64,000 nucleotides of DNA from Arcobacteraceae bacterium. Lineage in GTDB: Bacteria > Campylobacterota > Campylobacteria > Campylobacterales > Arcobacteraceae. The notes beneath the pieces are model-generated. The model made no database searches, was not told the DNA's origin, and saw only the letters and a program-made list of their open reading frames with translations. The stretch spans positions 256,001 to 320,000 of the forward strand of contig CBDCZH010000015.1 in NCBI GenBank assembly GCA_965224485.1, given 5' to 3'. Both the position numbers and the translations under genes were made by a program. This document shows, in pieces, positions 1-8,999 of this stretch. Numbering within the stretch: position 1 is the first letter of the stretch; every line of letters begins with the position of its first letter.

Positions 1-991
1 TATAAGTTTACAAAACTTCTCTATTTCTTTTGGAGATACAAAAATTTTACAAAATGTATCTTTTGATGTAAAAAAAGGAGAGATTGTAACTATTTTAGGA
101 GCTAGTGGTTCTGGTAAAAGTACAATATTACGCTCAATTTCTTCCTTAGAAGATAAGTATACGGGTGATATATTTTTACATAAATGCTGTGTAAGTAGAA
201 ACAATAATTCCTGTGAAAACCAAGATATTGGTTATATCTTTCAAGATTATGCACTTTTTCCTCATTTGAATGTTGAAGAAAATATAAGTTTTGCTTTAAA
301 AAACATGAGCAAAAAAGAAAAAGAAATAATCGTAGATAAGTTATTGAAACAATTTGACTTAACTGCACATAAATATAAACAAATACATGAACTCTCAGGC
401 GGGCAACAGCAAAGAGTTTCAATTGCACGAGTAATAGCTTATGAGCCAAGAATTTTACTACTTGATGAACCCTTTTCAAACCTTGATTCACTTTTAAGAA
501 ATAAAACTAAAATATGGTTAAAAAACATTATAAAAGAGTTTGGTTTTTCTGCTGTATTAGTAACACATGATAAAAAAGAGGCCTTAAGTATATCTGATAA
601 AATTGGAATCATTCAAGATAAAACTATAGTTCAATTTGCAAGTCCTAAAGAATTATTTGAAAATCCAGTAAATAAATATGTTGCAAACTTTTTAGGTGAA
701 ATAAACGAATTACCAAAAGAAATCTTAGAAAAATTTTCAGTAAAAAATAAAGATGATAAAGATGTAATAATAAGAGTAAACAAAACATTTATAAAAAAAG
801 CAAAAGATGAACATAAATTAAGAATTTTAGACATCTCTTATTGTGGAGATTATTATGAAGTATCATTACAGTTTTCACAATATAATGAGTATTATGTAAA
901 TATACATATGCAAGATGTAGAAAGCTTAAGTCTGAATGATGATGTTTATTTAGATATAAAAAAAGAAGATATAATTTTAATAAACAAATAA
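1..991 (+). CDS. ABC transporter ATP-binding protein, FbpC/PotA-like (5' end outside the window)
   Basis: Frame is open from base 2: Walker A GASGSGKST, Q-loop FQDYALFPHL, signature LSGGQQQR, Walker B LLLDEPF, H-loop VTHD. Same frame as track ORF 266..991. Confidence 0.9.
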   Translation, partial: ISLQNFSISFGDTKILQNVSFDVKKGEIVTILGASGSGKSTILRSISSLEDKYTGDIFLHKCCVSRNNNSCENQDIGYIFQDYALFPHLNVEENISFALKNMSKKEKEIIVDKLLKQFDLTAHKYKQIHELSGGQQQRVSIARVIAYEPRILLLDEPFSNLDSLLRNKTKIWLKNIIKEFGFSAVLVTHDKKEALSISDKIGIIQDKTIVQFASPKELFENPVNKYVANFLGEINELPKEILEKFSVKNKDDKDVIIRVNKTFIKKAKDEHKLRILDISYCGDYYEVSLQFSQYNEYYVNIHMQDVESLSLNDDVYLDIKKEDIILINK

Positions 992-1058
992 AGAAAAGAA
1001 AAAGAGATAAAAGAGAGACAAAAATATCTCTCTTTTCTTAGAATAAGATCTAAGTCTT

Positions 1059-2874
1059 TTAAAGCTGAAACTTTTTTGTAAATTCATCACTTAAATTAAG
1101 AATTCCTCTATTATTTAAGTCTTGTAATACTTCTTTAGTGCAATCAACATCATCAGGCCAACGTCTTTTAAAGTTATCATGTGAGTTTTTATTTGTAGCA
1201 TCTAAGCTTATACAAGAATTTTGTATATATAAATCTCTATTGGAATCAATATTATTAACAACTCTCCATATAAGCATATATGCATTATCTAAATCATTTT
1301 GATTACCTTCATCTATAATAATCAATATTTTTACATGTTTTAAAACTTCACTTAACTCTTCTATTAAATATTTTTGAGATCTTGTTTTTATAACTTTGAT
1401 AAAAGTAACAGGATTTTTAGTATCTTTATAATACTGTTTTAAAGATATAACATCAGAAGATATATTTTGCATTTTTTCTAATAATTCTTTATCTTCTAAT
1501 AAAGTGATTCCAAGCTGCGAAATTTCTTCACCCGTACAATCAAGTCCAAGTTTCCCACCAACTGCGAACTTAGGTGAACTATGATCAAGGGCATCAACTA
1601 CACCTTTTGAGATAAACAGTTCTTCTATATCAATTCTATTTAAAATATATCTAGTTAGTTCATCATGAGAAGTTAAATCCGGTGCATCCTCACCTACAAA
1701 AATAGCATGTTTAACAAAACTCATCTGCCCTACTCCCCAAAAAGCATGCATCATTTGCTGGGCATGTCCTGGATATAAAGTTTTTATTTTTGCAAAAATA
1801 AGATTATGAAATACTCCATTTTCTGGCATATAATAATCAAGTAAATCAGGACAAGTTGTTTTTAAAAGTGGAAGAAATATTCTCTCTGTTGCATGTCCCA
1901 TATACTTATCTTCTAAAGGTGGTTTTCCAACAACTGTAGCTAAGAACACAGGTTCTTTTTTTTGTGTAATTGCTGTAACTTCTAAAAAAGGATACTCTTC
2001 TTCTAGGGTATAATAACCAGTATGATCACCAAAAGGCCCTTCAATTCTTAGCTTAGAAGGATCTACAAAACCTTCAATAATATAATCATTATCTCTTGGC
2101 ACATAAATATCATTAGTAATACTTTTAACTAATTGTGCATTTTTGTTTTTAATAAAACCATATAACATAAGTTCAAAGACACCTATTGGTAAAGGAGCTT
2201 GCCCACACCAAATATACATAGGATCTCCACCAATTCCAATAGAAACTGGCATTTTTTTACCAACTTTTTTATACTCATGGAAAAAATGATTTGAATCTTT
2301 GTGTATTTGCCAATGCATTCCTAGGGTATGATCATCATACACTTGTAATCTATACATTCCTAAGTTATGCATCTCTCCACTTAAAGAAGTAGTATAAACC
2401 TGTCCCATAGTAATAAAAGGTCCTCCATCTTGTTCCCAAGTAGTTAAAACTGGTAAATCACTTAGTTTAGCATCCTTCCCAAGTTTGATTATTTCTTGAC
2501 ACTCACCTTTTTTCTTTGAACGTTTTGGAAATACATTTTTTAAGCTAAAAAGTTTAGCAAAAGTAGATAACTTATCAGCAAAACCCCTTAGGTGGCTTCA
2601 TCTTTAGTAAGCTCTCAATCTTAGCACCTATTTCATCACCATTTCCAATAAAAAGTTCAACTGCTTTAGCATTACAAAATACATTCATCAAAATAGGTTC
2701 AGTAAATTTTTTGTTATTCTTTTTATCAACAACATTAGTAAATAATAAAGCCTTAGAATCCTCTTTTTTAACTTCAATATAGGCAATATGCGGGATTTCT
2801 AAATATATATCTAATTCATCATCAATGATTCTTAATAAATCATTCTTCTTTAATAATTCAATCGCTTCTTTCAT
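1059..2874 (-). pseudogene. ubiD: UbiD-family (futalosine-pathway menaquinone biosynthesis type) decarboxylase, split by a 1-nt frameshift at ~2580-2587
   Basis: ORFs 2575..2874 and 1059..2408 join into ~604 aa if one base is removed from minus-strand GGGGTTTT (...KPPKG-FADKLSTFAK...LPVLTTWEQDGGPFITMGQ...). Carries the UbiD motif EGPFGDHTGYY. The frameshift may be an assembly error. Confidence 0.85.
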
Positions 2875-3001
2875 TTTATATCCAAATTATTTTTATCTAA
2901 TTCTATCTATTTTTTTATTGATATAAGCCTAAGACTTGTAAAAATAGAAAAACTTTATAAATATCTTAGGTTTAGGATATAAAGAAATAAACTCTTATAC
3001 T

Positions 3002-3313
3002 TTAGTTTTTAGATTTTCTTTTTAGGTCTAATTTAATCAGTTTTTCTATTAAATAAAAACCAAAAGGTGTTAAAGAATATATAAAATAATCAAAAGCAAT
3101 ATCTCTTTTAATTTGATATTTTTTCATATAATCAAATAAGAGAATAATAAATACGATAAATAATATACCATGTGTCATTCCTATGATTTTCATAACAATT
3201 GCATTATCAAATAAGTATTTTAAAGGCATTGCTATAAACATCAATACTAAATAAGAAAATCCTTCTATATAAGATATAATTCTAAATCTGTTTCTTGCAG
3301 TATTTTTTTTCAT
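3002..3313 (-). CDS. DUF3817-type small membrane protein
   Basis: RFRIISYIEGFSYLVLMFIAMPLKY...GMTHGILF pattern; ATG at 3313 overlaps the upstream stop (TAATG coupling). Confidence 0.75.
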   Translation of the reverse strand: MKKNTARNRFRIISYIEGFSYLVLMFIAMPLKYLFDNAIVMKIIGMTHGILFIVFIILLFDYMKKYQIKRDIAFDYFIYSLTPFGFYLIEKLIKLDLKRKSKN

Positions 3314-3759
3314 TATATCATCTTCATTATGCTTAAAAAACATATCATAGAAAAGATGCCAAAAGATGAAATACTTAAAAAGTTTAGTCTTTTTTTAGTT
3401 ATTTTTATATTCGATTCATTAGAAGTAAGTTCTCTCATATATATTTTATATAAATGATGAATTATTGCTAATATAGATATTAGAAAAAACTTAAGATATA
3501 TCCATATACCACTTTCTAAGAGTGATTTATTTATTATTATTAAAGATATTCCACATGTAACAGCAAGAATAAAACCAAGTGACATTATATATCTATATAT
3601 TATCTTCTCTTCTTTTTTTATATCTTTTAATATAAGAGTATTTTCTAAATGCACTATATCAAGATGATGTATTAACAATCTAGGAAAATATATCAACATA
3701 CTAATCCAAAGGATAATTGATATTAAGTGTAAGGCCTTTATAAACTCATAATATTCCAT
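3313..3759 (-). CDS. HemJ/CopD-like (UPF0093) membrane protein, divergent protoporphyrinogen oxidase-like
   Basis: N-terminal IKALHLISIILWISMLIYFPRL and WIYLKF resemble HemJ motifs; four hydrophobic segments. Confidence 0.65.
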   Translation of the reverse strand: MEYYEFIKALHLISIILWISMLIYFPRLLIHHLDIVHLENTLILKDIKKEEKIIYRYIMSLGFILAVTCGISLIIINKSLLESGIWIYLKFFLISILAIIHHLYKIYMRELTSNESNIKITKKRLNFLSISSFGIFSMICFLSIMKMI

Positions 3760-3841
3760 ATTTACTCCAAGTAATTTAATTATAAATAGTGTACAATTTT
3801 AAAGAAATATACTTATATCATATTGCGAACAAAGGATAAAA

Positions 3842-4868
3842 TTGCAAAATAACAAAGATAGCTTACCTAGTATGATCTTTTTCTCTATTCTTGATTTTTT
3901 TAAAAAAAAATATAAATTTGATACCTCAGAATTTATGAAAAAAAGAAATATACAAGGTAGTGATTTAGAAGTAAAAATACATTATTTAAATGAAGCAGTT
4001 GATGAAGTAATAAAACAAACAAAAGATTATAATGTACTATTTCACTTAGCAACTCTAGCAACTCCAAAACATATTGGAGTTTTAGGTTATATGATGCTTC
4101 ATTCAAGCAATATATGTGAAGCACTAAATAAAATGTGCAAATATTATCTTCTAATAGGCAAAAGCATTAAACCTATTTTTATAAAAACTCAAAATGGATA
4201 TAAAATTGGAATATATGAAAATAATGAAAAAAATGGACTTTTAAACTTAGAGAAATACAAAGCACAAATACATTTATTTGCAATAATCCATTTAATAAAT
4301 AATATTACAAATAAAAAAATAAAACCTTCATGTATTACTTTTATTCAAGAAAAGCCTCCACTTTCAGATTTTAGCAATAATCTTGGAATAAAAGTACTTT
4401 TCAATTCTGATGAAAATGCAATTTATTTTGATAAAAATATTGAAGATATTGAAACAACATCATCTAATAACAAAATGTTAAAAATCTTTGAAAAAGAAGC
4501 ACAAGAAATATTAAACCTAAAATTAATAGGTGAAACACTAAAAATAAAAGTATCCGGTTTTATTTTAGTATCTACTAGTCAATTAGATATTTCCATAAAA
4601 AGTATTGCAAATAAAGCAAATCTTTCAGTGCGTGTTTTACAAAAACATTTAAAAAAAGAAGATACAACTTTTGGAAAAATTTTAGAAGATGTAAGAAAAA
4701 AAACTAGCAAGGTATTATTTAATAAAAGGCATAGATATAGAAAGTATCTCAGTAGCTCTTGGATTTAGTGAAATAAGTTCTTTTTTTAGAGCTTTTAAAA
4801 AATGGCATAATATAAGTCCAAAAAAGTGGTTGAAAGGATATTTGGCTGATGGAGTTAAAAGTTGGTAA
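3842..4868 (+). pseudogene. AraC-family transcriptional regulator with a +1 frameshift in an A8 run (4696-4703)
   Basis: Shortening A8 to A7 restores VRKKLARYYL...ISVALGFSEISSFFRAFKKW (second AraC HTH), ending at TAA 4866-4868, ~341 aa. Confidence 0.85.
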
Positions 4869-4966
4869 GTTGGTAAGTTGGTAAGTTGGTAAGTTGGTAA
4901 GTTGGTAAGTTGGTAAGTTGGTAAGTTGGTAAGTTGGTAAGTTGGTAAGTTGGTAAGTTGGTAAGT
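4859..4966 (+). repeat. Perfect tandem octamer repeat (GTTGGTAA)x13
   Basis: 13 exact units at 4861-4964 plus partial flanks; the first unit supplies the AraC stop codon. Confidence 0.97.
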
Positions 4967-5013
4967 AAGGGTTAAATAATATTTCTTTAAATCATATTAT
5001 TTTTCTTTATTTT

Positions 5014-5050
5014 TGACACAAACTATGACATGTTTTTATATACTATTATT
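5014..5050 (+). promoter_or_regulatory. Putative promoter/operator, copy 1 (TGACACAAACTATGACAT...TATACT)
   Basis: Near-identical to 10432-10469; imperfect palindrome followed by a TATACT -10-like hexamer (5039-5044). Confidence 0.6.
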
Positions 5051-5199
5051 GAAATATAATTTTAATTTTGGGTGTATTTTTATAAAATATTATATCCTTA
5101 AGAATGGCAGTATCATACCATGCTAAATTAACAATTCAATCAACCTTTTTGTACTCTAAAGAGTCTTTATTACTGTGCTTAGACTATTAAGGAGTAAAT

Positions 5200-5879
5200 T
5201 TGGATAATATACTGCAATTAATTCACAAAATCAAAAAATATATTAGCAAATATAAATACTTAGGAAATATTAAAATGGAAATAATTTATTCAAAAAAAAA
5301 TCATCAAGAAATTAACACTAAAGTTTTATTTAAATCTTCTGAATTTAAAGAGAGTGTAATAAGGAATCAGCAGAAAAATTTGCACTTATAGCATGCACAA
5401 CAAGATATATGCCAGAGATAGTTCATAATGGAAACTCTAGTAATATAATTTCTTTTTTTGATAAAATGAACAAGTTATACTTCAGTGAGCGTTCTATTAA
5501 AAAGATAAGTGACCTGTCATCAAATAGCTCTTTTTTCAATACAGAAACTCAAGAATTTAACCTTGAAGTAGCAGAAAAAGAGATTAAAGAATCAGATGAG
5601 TTTTCAAGCATAGAAGATATATTTAAAGCATGGGAAGAGTACCCTGTAAATCAAGTTTCATTTTTAACTCCTCTTTATCATATGGGTTATTTTTTAGTTT
5701 TAGCAGAGATTTCAAATAACAAAAATTTAAAAAATAAACTTAAAAACAGAGCTTCAAGTTTTTTAAGAGCTTACTTTAAATTAGAAGAATATAAAGCTTT
5801 TATTATTTATAAAGTTGATGTAAATATAAAATCGTTAAAATTTTACAGAGCTTATAGCCCAATGGATGTCTTTTATTAA
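5200..5879 (+). pseudogene. Hypothetical protein, probably one frameshifted gene (ORFs 5200..5391 and 5409..5879)
   Basis: AAGGAG RBS before TTG 5200. The second ORF's frame is open back to 5349 and overlaps the first ORF. No recognisable domain. Confidence 0.45.
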
Positions 5880-6070
5880 TTCATTTTTAAGTGATTTTTC
5901 TGTTTATTTAATTAAATCTAAACAAAAAGTGACTTATGAAAATAAAGATGAAGTAGTATTAAATTTTAAAAATTTAATGAAAGATATTAAACCAAAATCT
6001 CTTAATATTAATGAAGAAATTTTAACTTACTTAAAATAGAATTCATATCAGGCATCAATTAAGATGATAA

Positions 6071-6124
6071 AAGCAACAAAACCTTTCAGCGAACGTAAAG
6101 CGTTGCTGAAGTTAAACGTTTTAC
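6071..6124 (+). other. attC-like integron cassette recombination site
   Basis: AAC(6075-6077)...TTCAGC-G-AACG-taaag-CGTT-GCTGAA...GTT(6118-6120): imperfect hairpin with an unpaired base, followed by RBS and ATG of the next gene. Confidence 0.65.
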
Positions 6125-6143
6125 TCAGAAAGGAATATATAAT

Positions 6144-6602
6144 ATGAAGCAAATTAAAAAGTTAGCAGAAGATATAAATTATACTGCTATTAACTTAGGA
6201 AACTTAAATGATTTAATGAAATATTCTTTAATTCATCCTGTAAATAAACAGGAAATTGAGGGAAAAGTATTTTTAAAAGAGGCAACAAAATCTACTGGTT
6301 CAGAAGTTTCATTTAATTCCCTTCCTCCTAAATCAGAACAACCTTATTTTCATATACATAATAAAAATGAAGAAACGTATATCATTTTAAAAGGATATGG
6401 ATTTTTTCAAGTTGATGAAAAATGCTTTGATATTAAAGAAGGAAGTGTTGTAAGAGTTGCTCCAAATGGAATAAGAGGTATTCGTAATTCTTCTGAAGAT
6501 ATAATGACATATATAGTCATTCAATCTAAAGAAAATTCATTGGAAGAATACACAACAGGTGATGGAAAAAGAGTTCCATTTGAACCGAAATGGAAAGAGT
6601 AA
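6144..6602 (+). CDS. Cupin-domain protein (cassette-like)
   Basis: Cupin motif PYFHIHNKNEETYIILKG...GSVVRVAPNGIR; stop followed directly by GTATAACAAATAC (truncated attC-like start). Confidence 0.8.
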   Translation: MKQIKKLAEDINYTAINLGNLNDLMKYSLIHPVNKQEIEGKVFLKEATKSTGSEVSFNSLPPKSEQPYFHIHNKNEETYIILKGYGFFQVDEKCFDIKEGSVVRVAPNGIRGIRNSSEDIMTYIVIQSKENSLEEYTTGDGKRVPFEPKWKE

Positions 6603-6738
6603 GTATAACAAATACTAGGGGAAGAAGAAGTCTACATCAGCTATTCATTAAAATCCTTATATAGATGGAGATAAATTAGAAGGTATTAGTAAATAATAAA
6701 TATAAAGAAGTTTCCTCTTTTCTCTAAGAAAAGAATCC

Positions 6739-6776
6739 TTGACAAAAAAGTTGCAATGTAGTAGAATGTATCTACA
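6739..6776 (+). promoter_or_regulatory. Sigma70 promoter of the TA operon with an overlapping inverted-repeat operator
   Basis: TTGACA (6739-6744), 17 bp, TAGAAT (6762-6767); TGTAG...CTACA inverted repeat brackets the -10. Confidence 0.75.
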
Positions 6777-6796
6777 ATAAAATACAAGGTACTAGT

Positions 6797-7024
6797 ATGA
6801 AAAAAGCAATAAATATAAGATTAGATGAATCATTATTATCAGATTTAGATAACTATGCAAGGGAACTAGATAGAACAAGAACATATATTATTGAAAAAGC
6901 TGTTGGAAGTTATTTTGATACCTTAGATGAAATGATTTCAGATCAAAGAATTGATGAAGTTAAAAAAGGAAATGTAGAAGTTTTTTCACTTGAACAAGTG
7001 GCTAAAAAACTTGGACTTGACTAA
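6797..7024 (+). CDS. Type II antitoxin, ribbon-helix-helix (RelB/CopG-like)
   Basis: KAINIRLDE...LDRTRTYIIEKA RHH pattern, acidic C-terminus, translationally coupled to the toxin. Confidence 0.85.
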   Translation: MKKAINIRLDESLLSDLDNYARELDRTRTYIIEKAVGSYFDTLDEMISDQRIDEVKKGNVEVFSLEQVAKKLGLD

Positions 7025-7275
7025 TGTATAAAGTTATTATTCCAAAATTTGCTTTAAAAGAATTAGCAAAAATCAATAAAGAAAATCAACAATTAATTGT
7101 TAATAAAATTAAAGATTTGCAAAATGGTATTTTTACAAATGACAAATCTTTAAAAGGTAAACATCAAGGTAAATTTAGAAAAAGAGCTGGAGACTATAGA
7201 GTTATATATTTAAAAGAAAATGATGTATTATTAATTACATTGATTAGAGTAGCCCACAGAAAAGAAGTATATTAA
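7024..7275 (+). CDS. relE: Type II toxin, RelE/StbE family
   Basis: Basic 83 aa protein with KSLKG...FRKRAGDYRVIY...VAHRKEVY. Confidence 0.88.
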   Translation: MYKVIIPKFALKELAKINKENQQLIVNKIKDLQNGIFTNDKSLKGKHQGKFRKRAGDYRVIYLKENDVLLITLIRVAHRKEVY

Positions 7276-7550
7276 TTATTTATATATAATCACATTTAAA
7301 ATAAAAATTCCTTGGACACAAAGTAAATTATTTACTAAAGTAAAAATAAAAGAAGTTACGTGTAACTCCAAATAACTAACCTAATATAGTTTTGACTTTT
7401 AGAACTCTTACAAAGGTGAACCTTCGCGCTTTTTTCTTTTCTTTATCGAAAGAAACGAAACAAAAGAAGCGACTGCCGGTTGATGAAGGCTTCCAGCTTC
7501 CCTCACTAACATTTTTACTTTTCTGCCCTGTAAAACTTATATAATGAAAT

Positions 7551-7775
7551 TATGTGAATATGATAGTATATTTGCAAAGAGTTTGAAAGATAATATATTG
7601 ATGAAAAACTAAAGCGGTTATAAAAATAACTAGCTTGATAGTGAGTTAAATAGTTATACTTTAAATTTGAGTGGCAACAAGAACGGATAATATCTAGTTC
7701 GAATTTTATAAGTCTAAATTTGGTGTAACACATTATCGAGTAGGAGAAACTCCTACTCTAACGAACTCTTTATAT
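7551..7775 (+). ncRNA. Putative IS110 bridge RNA
   Basis: 5' hairpin 7553-7576. Target loop with guides TGAAAAACT (7602-7610) and TAGTGAG (7639-7645). Donor loop with GTGGCAAC (7671-7678) and TATAAG (7707-7712). 9-bp hairpin 7738-7758; closing stem AAAGAGTTTG/CGAACTCTTT; TATAAT at 7540-7545 upstream. Ends approximate. Confidence 0.8.
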
Positions 7776-7886
7776 TAATACAAAGGTTCAAGTATGTATT
7801 CTATCGGATTAGATGTAAGTAAGTCAACAATTAATATCTATGTGCCTATTAATGAATTAGATTTAGTAATTACTAATGATTTAAAA

Positions 7887-8999
7887 CGCCAATTCAACTC
7901 TAAAGTGCAACAAATATAGGCAAAATTATGCCACCATCTTTCTTGAAACTTCCTTCAAAAATATCTCATTCGGAGTATAATATTTTAGTATCTTTCTTGG
8001 TCTATTATTTAACCTGTTTTGTATTATAAGTATTTGAGTATTATTTACATTCTCAAAGCTTGATTTTTTAGGAATATATTCTCTCACCAATCCATTTGTA
8101 TGTTCATTTAATCCTCTTTGCCAAGATGAATAAGGATCACAAAAATAAAACTTTATATTTAATTCTTTTGCTATTTCTTTCATGATAAGAAAACTCTTTG
8201 CCATTATCTGATGTAATGGTATGAACTAAATTCCTTATTGGATATAACAACTCTATAATAGCTTGCGTAACTGCACCAGCTTGTTTTGATTCAACTATCC
8301 TCATTAGTGTAAACTTACTCTTTCTATCTACTAATGTAACAATTGCACCTTTATGGTCTTTCCCAATAATAGTATCTACTTCAAAGTCTCCAAATCTAGT
8401 TTTAGTCTCAATTATTTTAGCTCGTTGACTTATATTAACTCTATTCTTTATTTGACCTCTTGTTTTATATTGACTACTTCTATTTCCATACTTTTTGTTC
8501 TTATGTCTTAAATATTTATATAATCTTCCACCACTTATTTGATTTGCATAAATATACCTATATACTGTTTCATAAGATATATTAGCTATTTTATGTAGTT
8601 TTAGTCTTCCTGTTAATTGCTCAGGAGATAATCCTTCTTTTAATAACTTGCCAATCTTTAGTTTTAACTTCTTTGTTATCTTGTGATACCTATCTTTAAA
8701 CTTGTCTCTAGAGACAGCACTTATATGAGCATCCTCAGGACTGTAGTAATCATTGTTACTATTTCTTTTAAGCTCTCTTGATATGGTTGATTTATTAACA
8801 CCTAGTAACTCTGCAATTTTAGATTGTGTATAATTTTCGTTTTTATAAGCAAATATTTGATACCTTAAACCTAAGGTTAATTGTTTATACTTTTCCATTT
8901 AATGCTCCATTTATCCTGCAAGATATTGAGCTTAAATTGTATATCAATCAGCCTTACATCTTACATTACTCTATGTTGCACTTTAAGTGTGAAAAGAGG
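7887..8999 (-). mobile_element. IS30-family insertion sequence, 1113 bp
   Basis: Imperfect ~26-bp terminal IRs sharing TAAAGTGCAACA (CGCCAATTCAACTCTAAAGTGCAACA / revcomp CCTCTTTTCACACTTAAAGTGCAACA); AAA target duplication at 7884-7886 and 9000-9002. Confidence 0.92.
7926..8898 (-). pseudogene. IS30-family DDE transposase with a 1-nt frameshift near 8177-8181
   Basis: HTH (IAELLGVNKSTISRELKRN), FEVDTI, TSDNGKEF, then YFCDPYSSWQRGLNEHTNGLVR in the adjacent frame; ~323 aa if joined. Confidence 0.9.

Noticed and set aside
4859..4966. Possible CRISPR array
   Set aside because: Pure 8-bp tandem repeat with no spacers; no cas genes in the window.
5929..6040. Short coding-like stretch before the first attC-like site
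   Set aside because: Too short and without a clear start; probably a cassette remnant, cannot be named.
7515..7733. 72-aa minus-strand ORF
   Set aside because: Lies antisense across the predicted bridge RNA and crosses the IS junction; no protein features.
8137..8204. Programmed ribosomal frameshift in the IS30 transposase
   Set aside because: IS30-family transposases are single ORFs and the shift splits the DDE domain; mutation or sequencing error is more likely.
8826..8999. N-terminus of the 351-aa track ORF as the real IS110 start
   Set aside because: It is read-through from IS30 DNA. The true N-terminus with GLDVSK is at 7794-7886.
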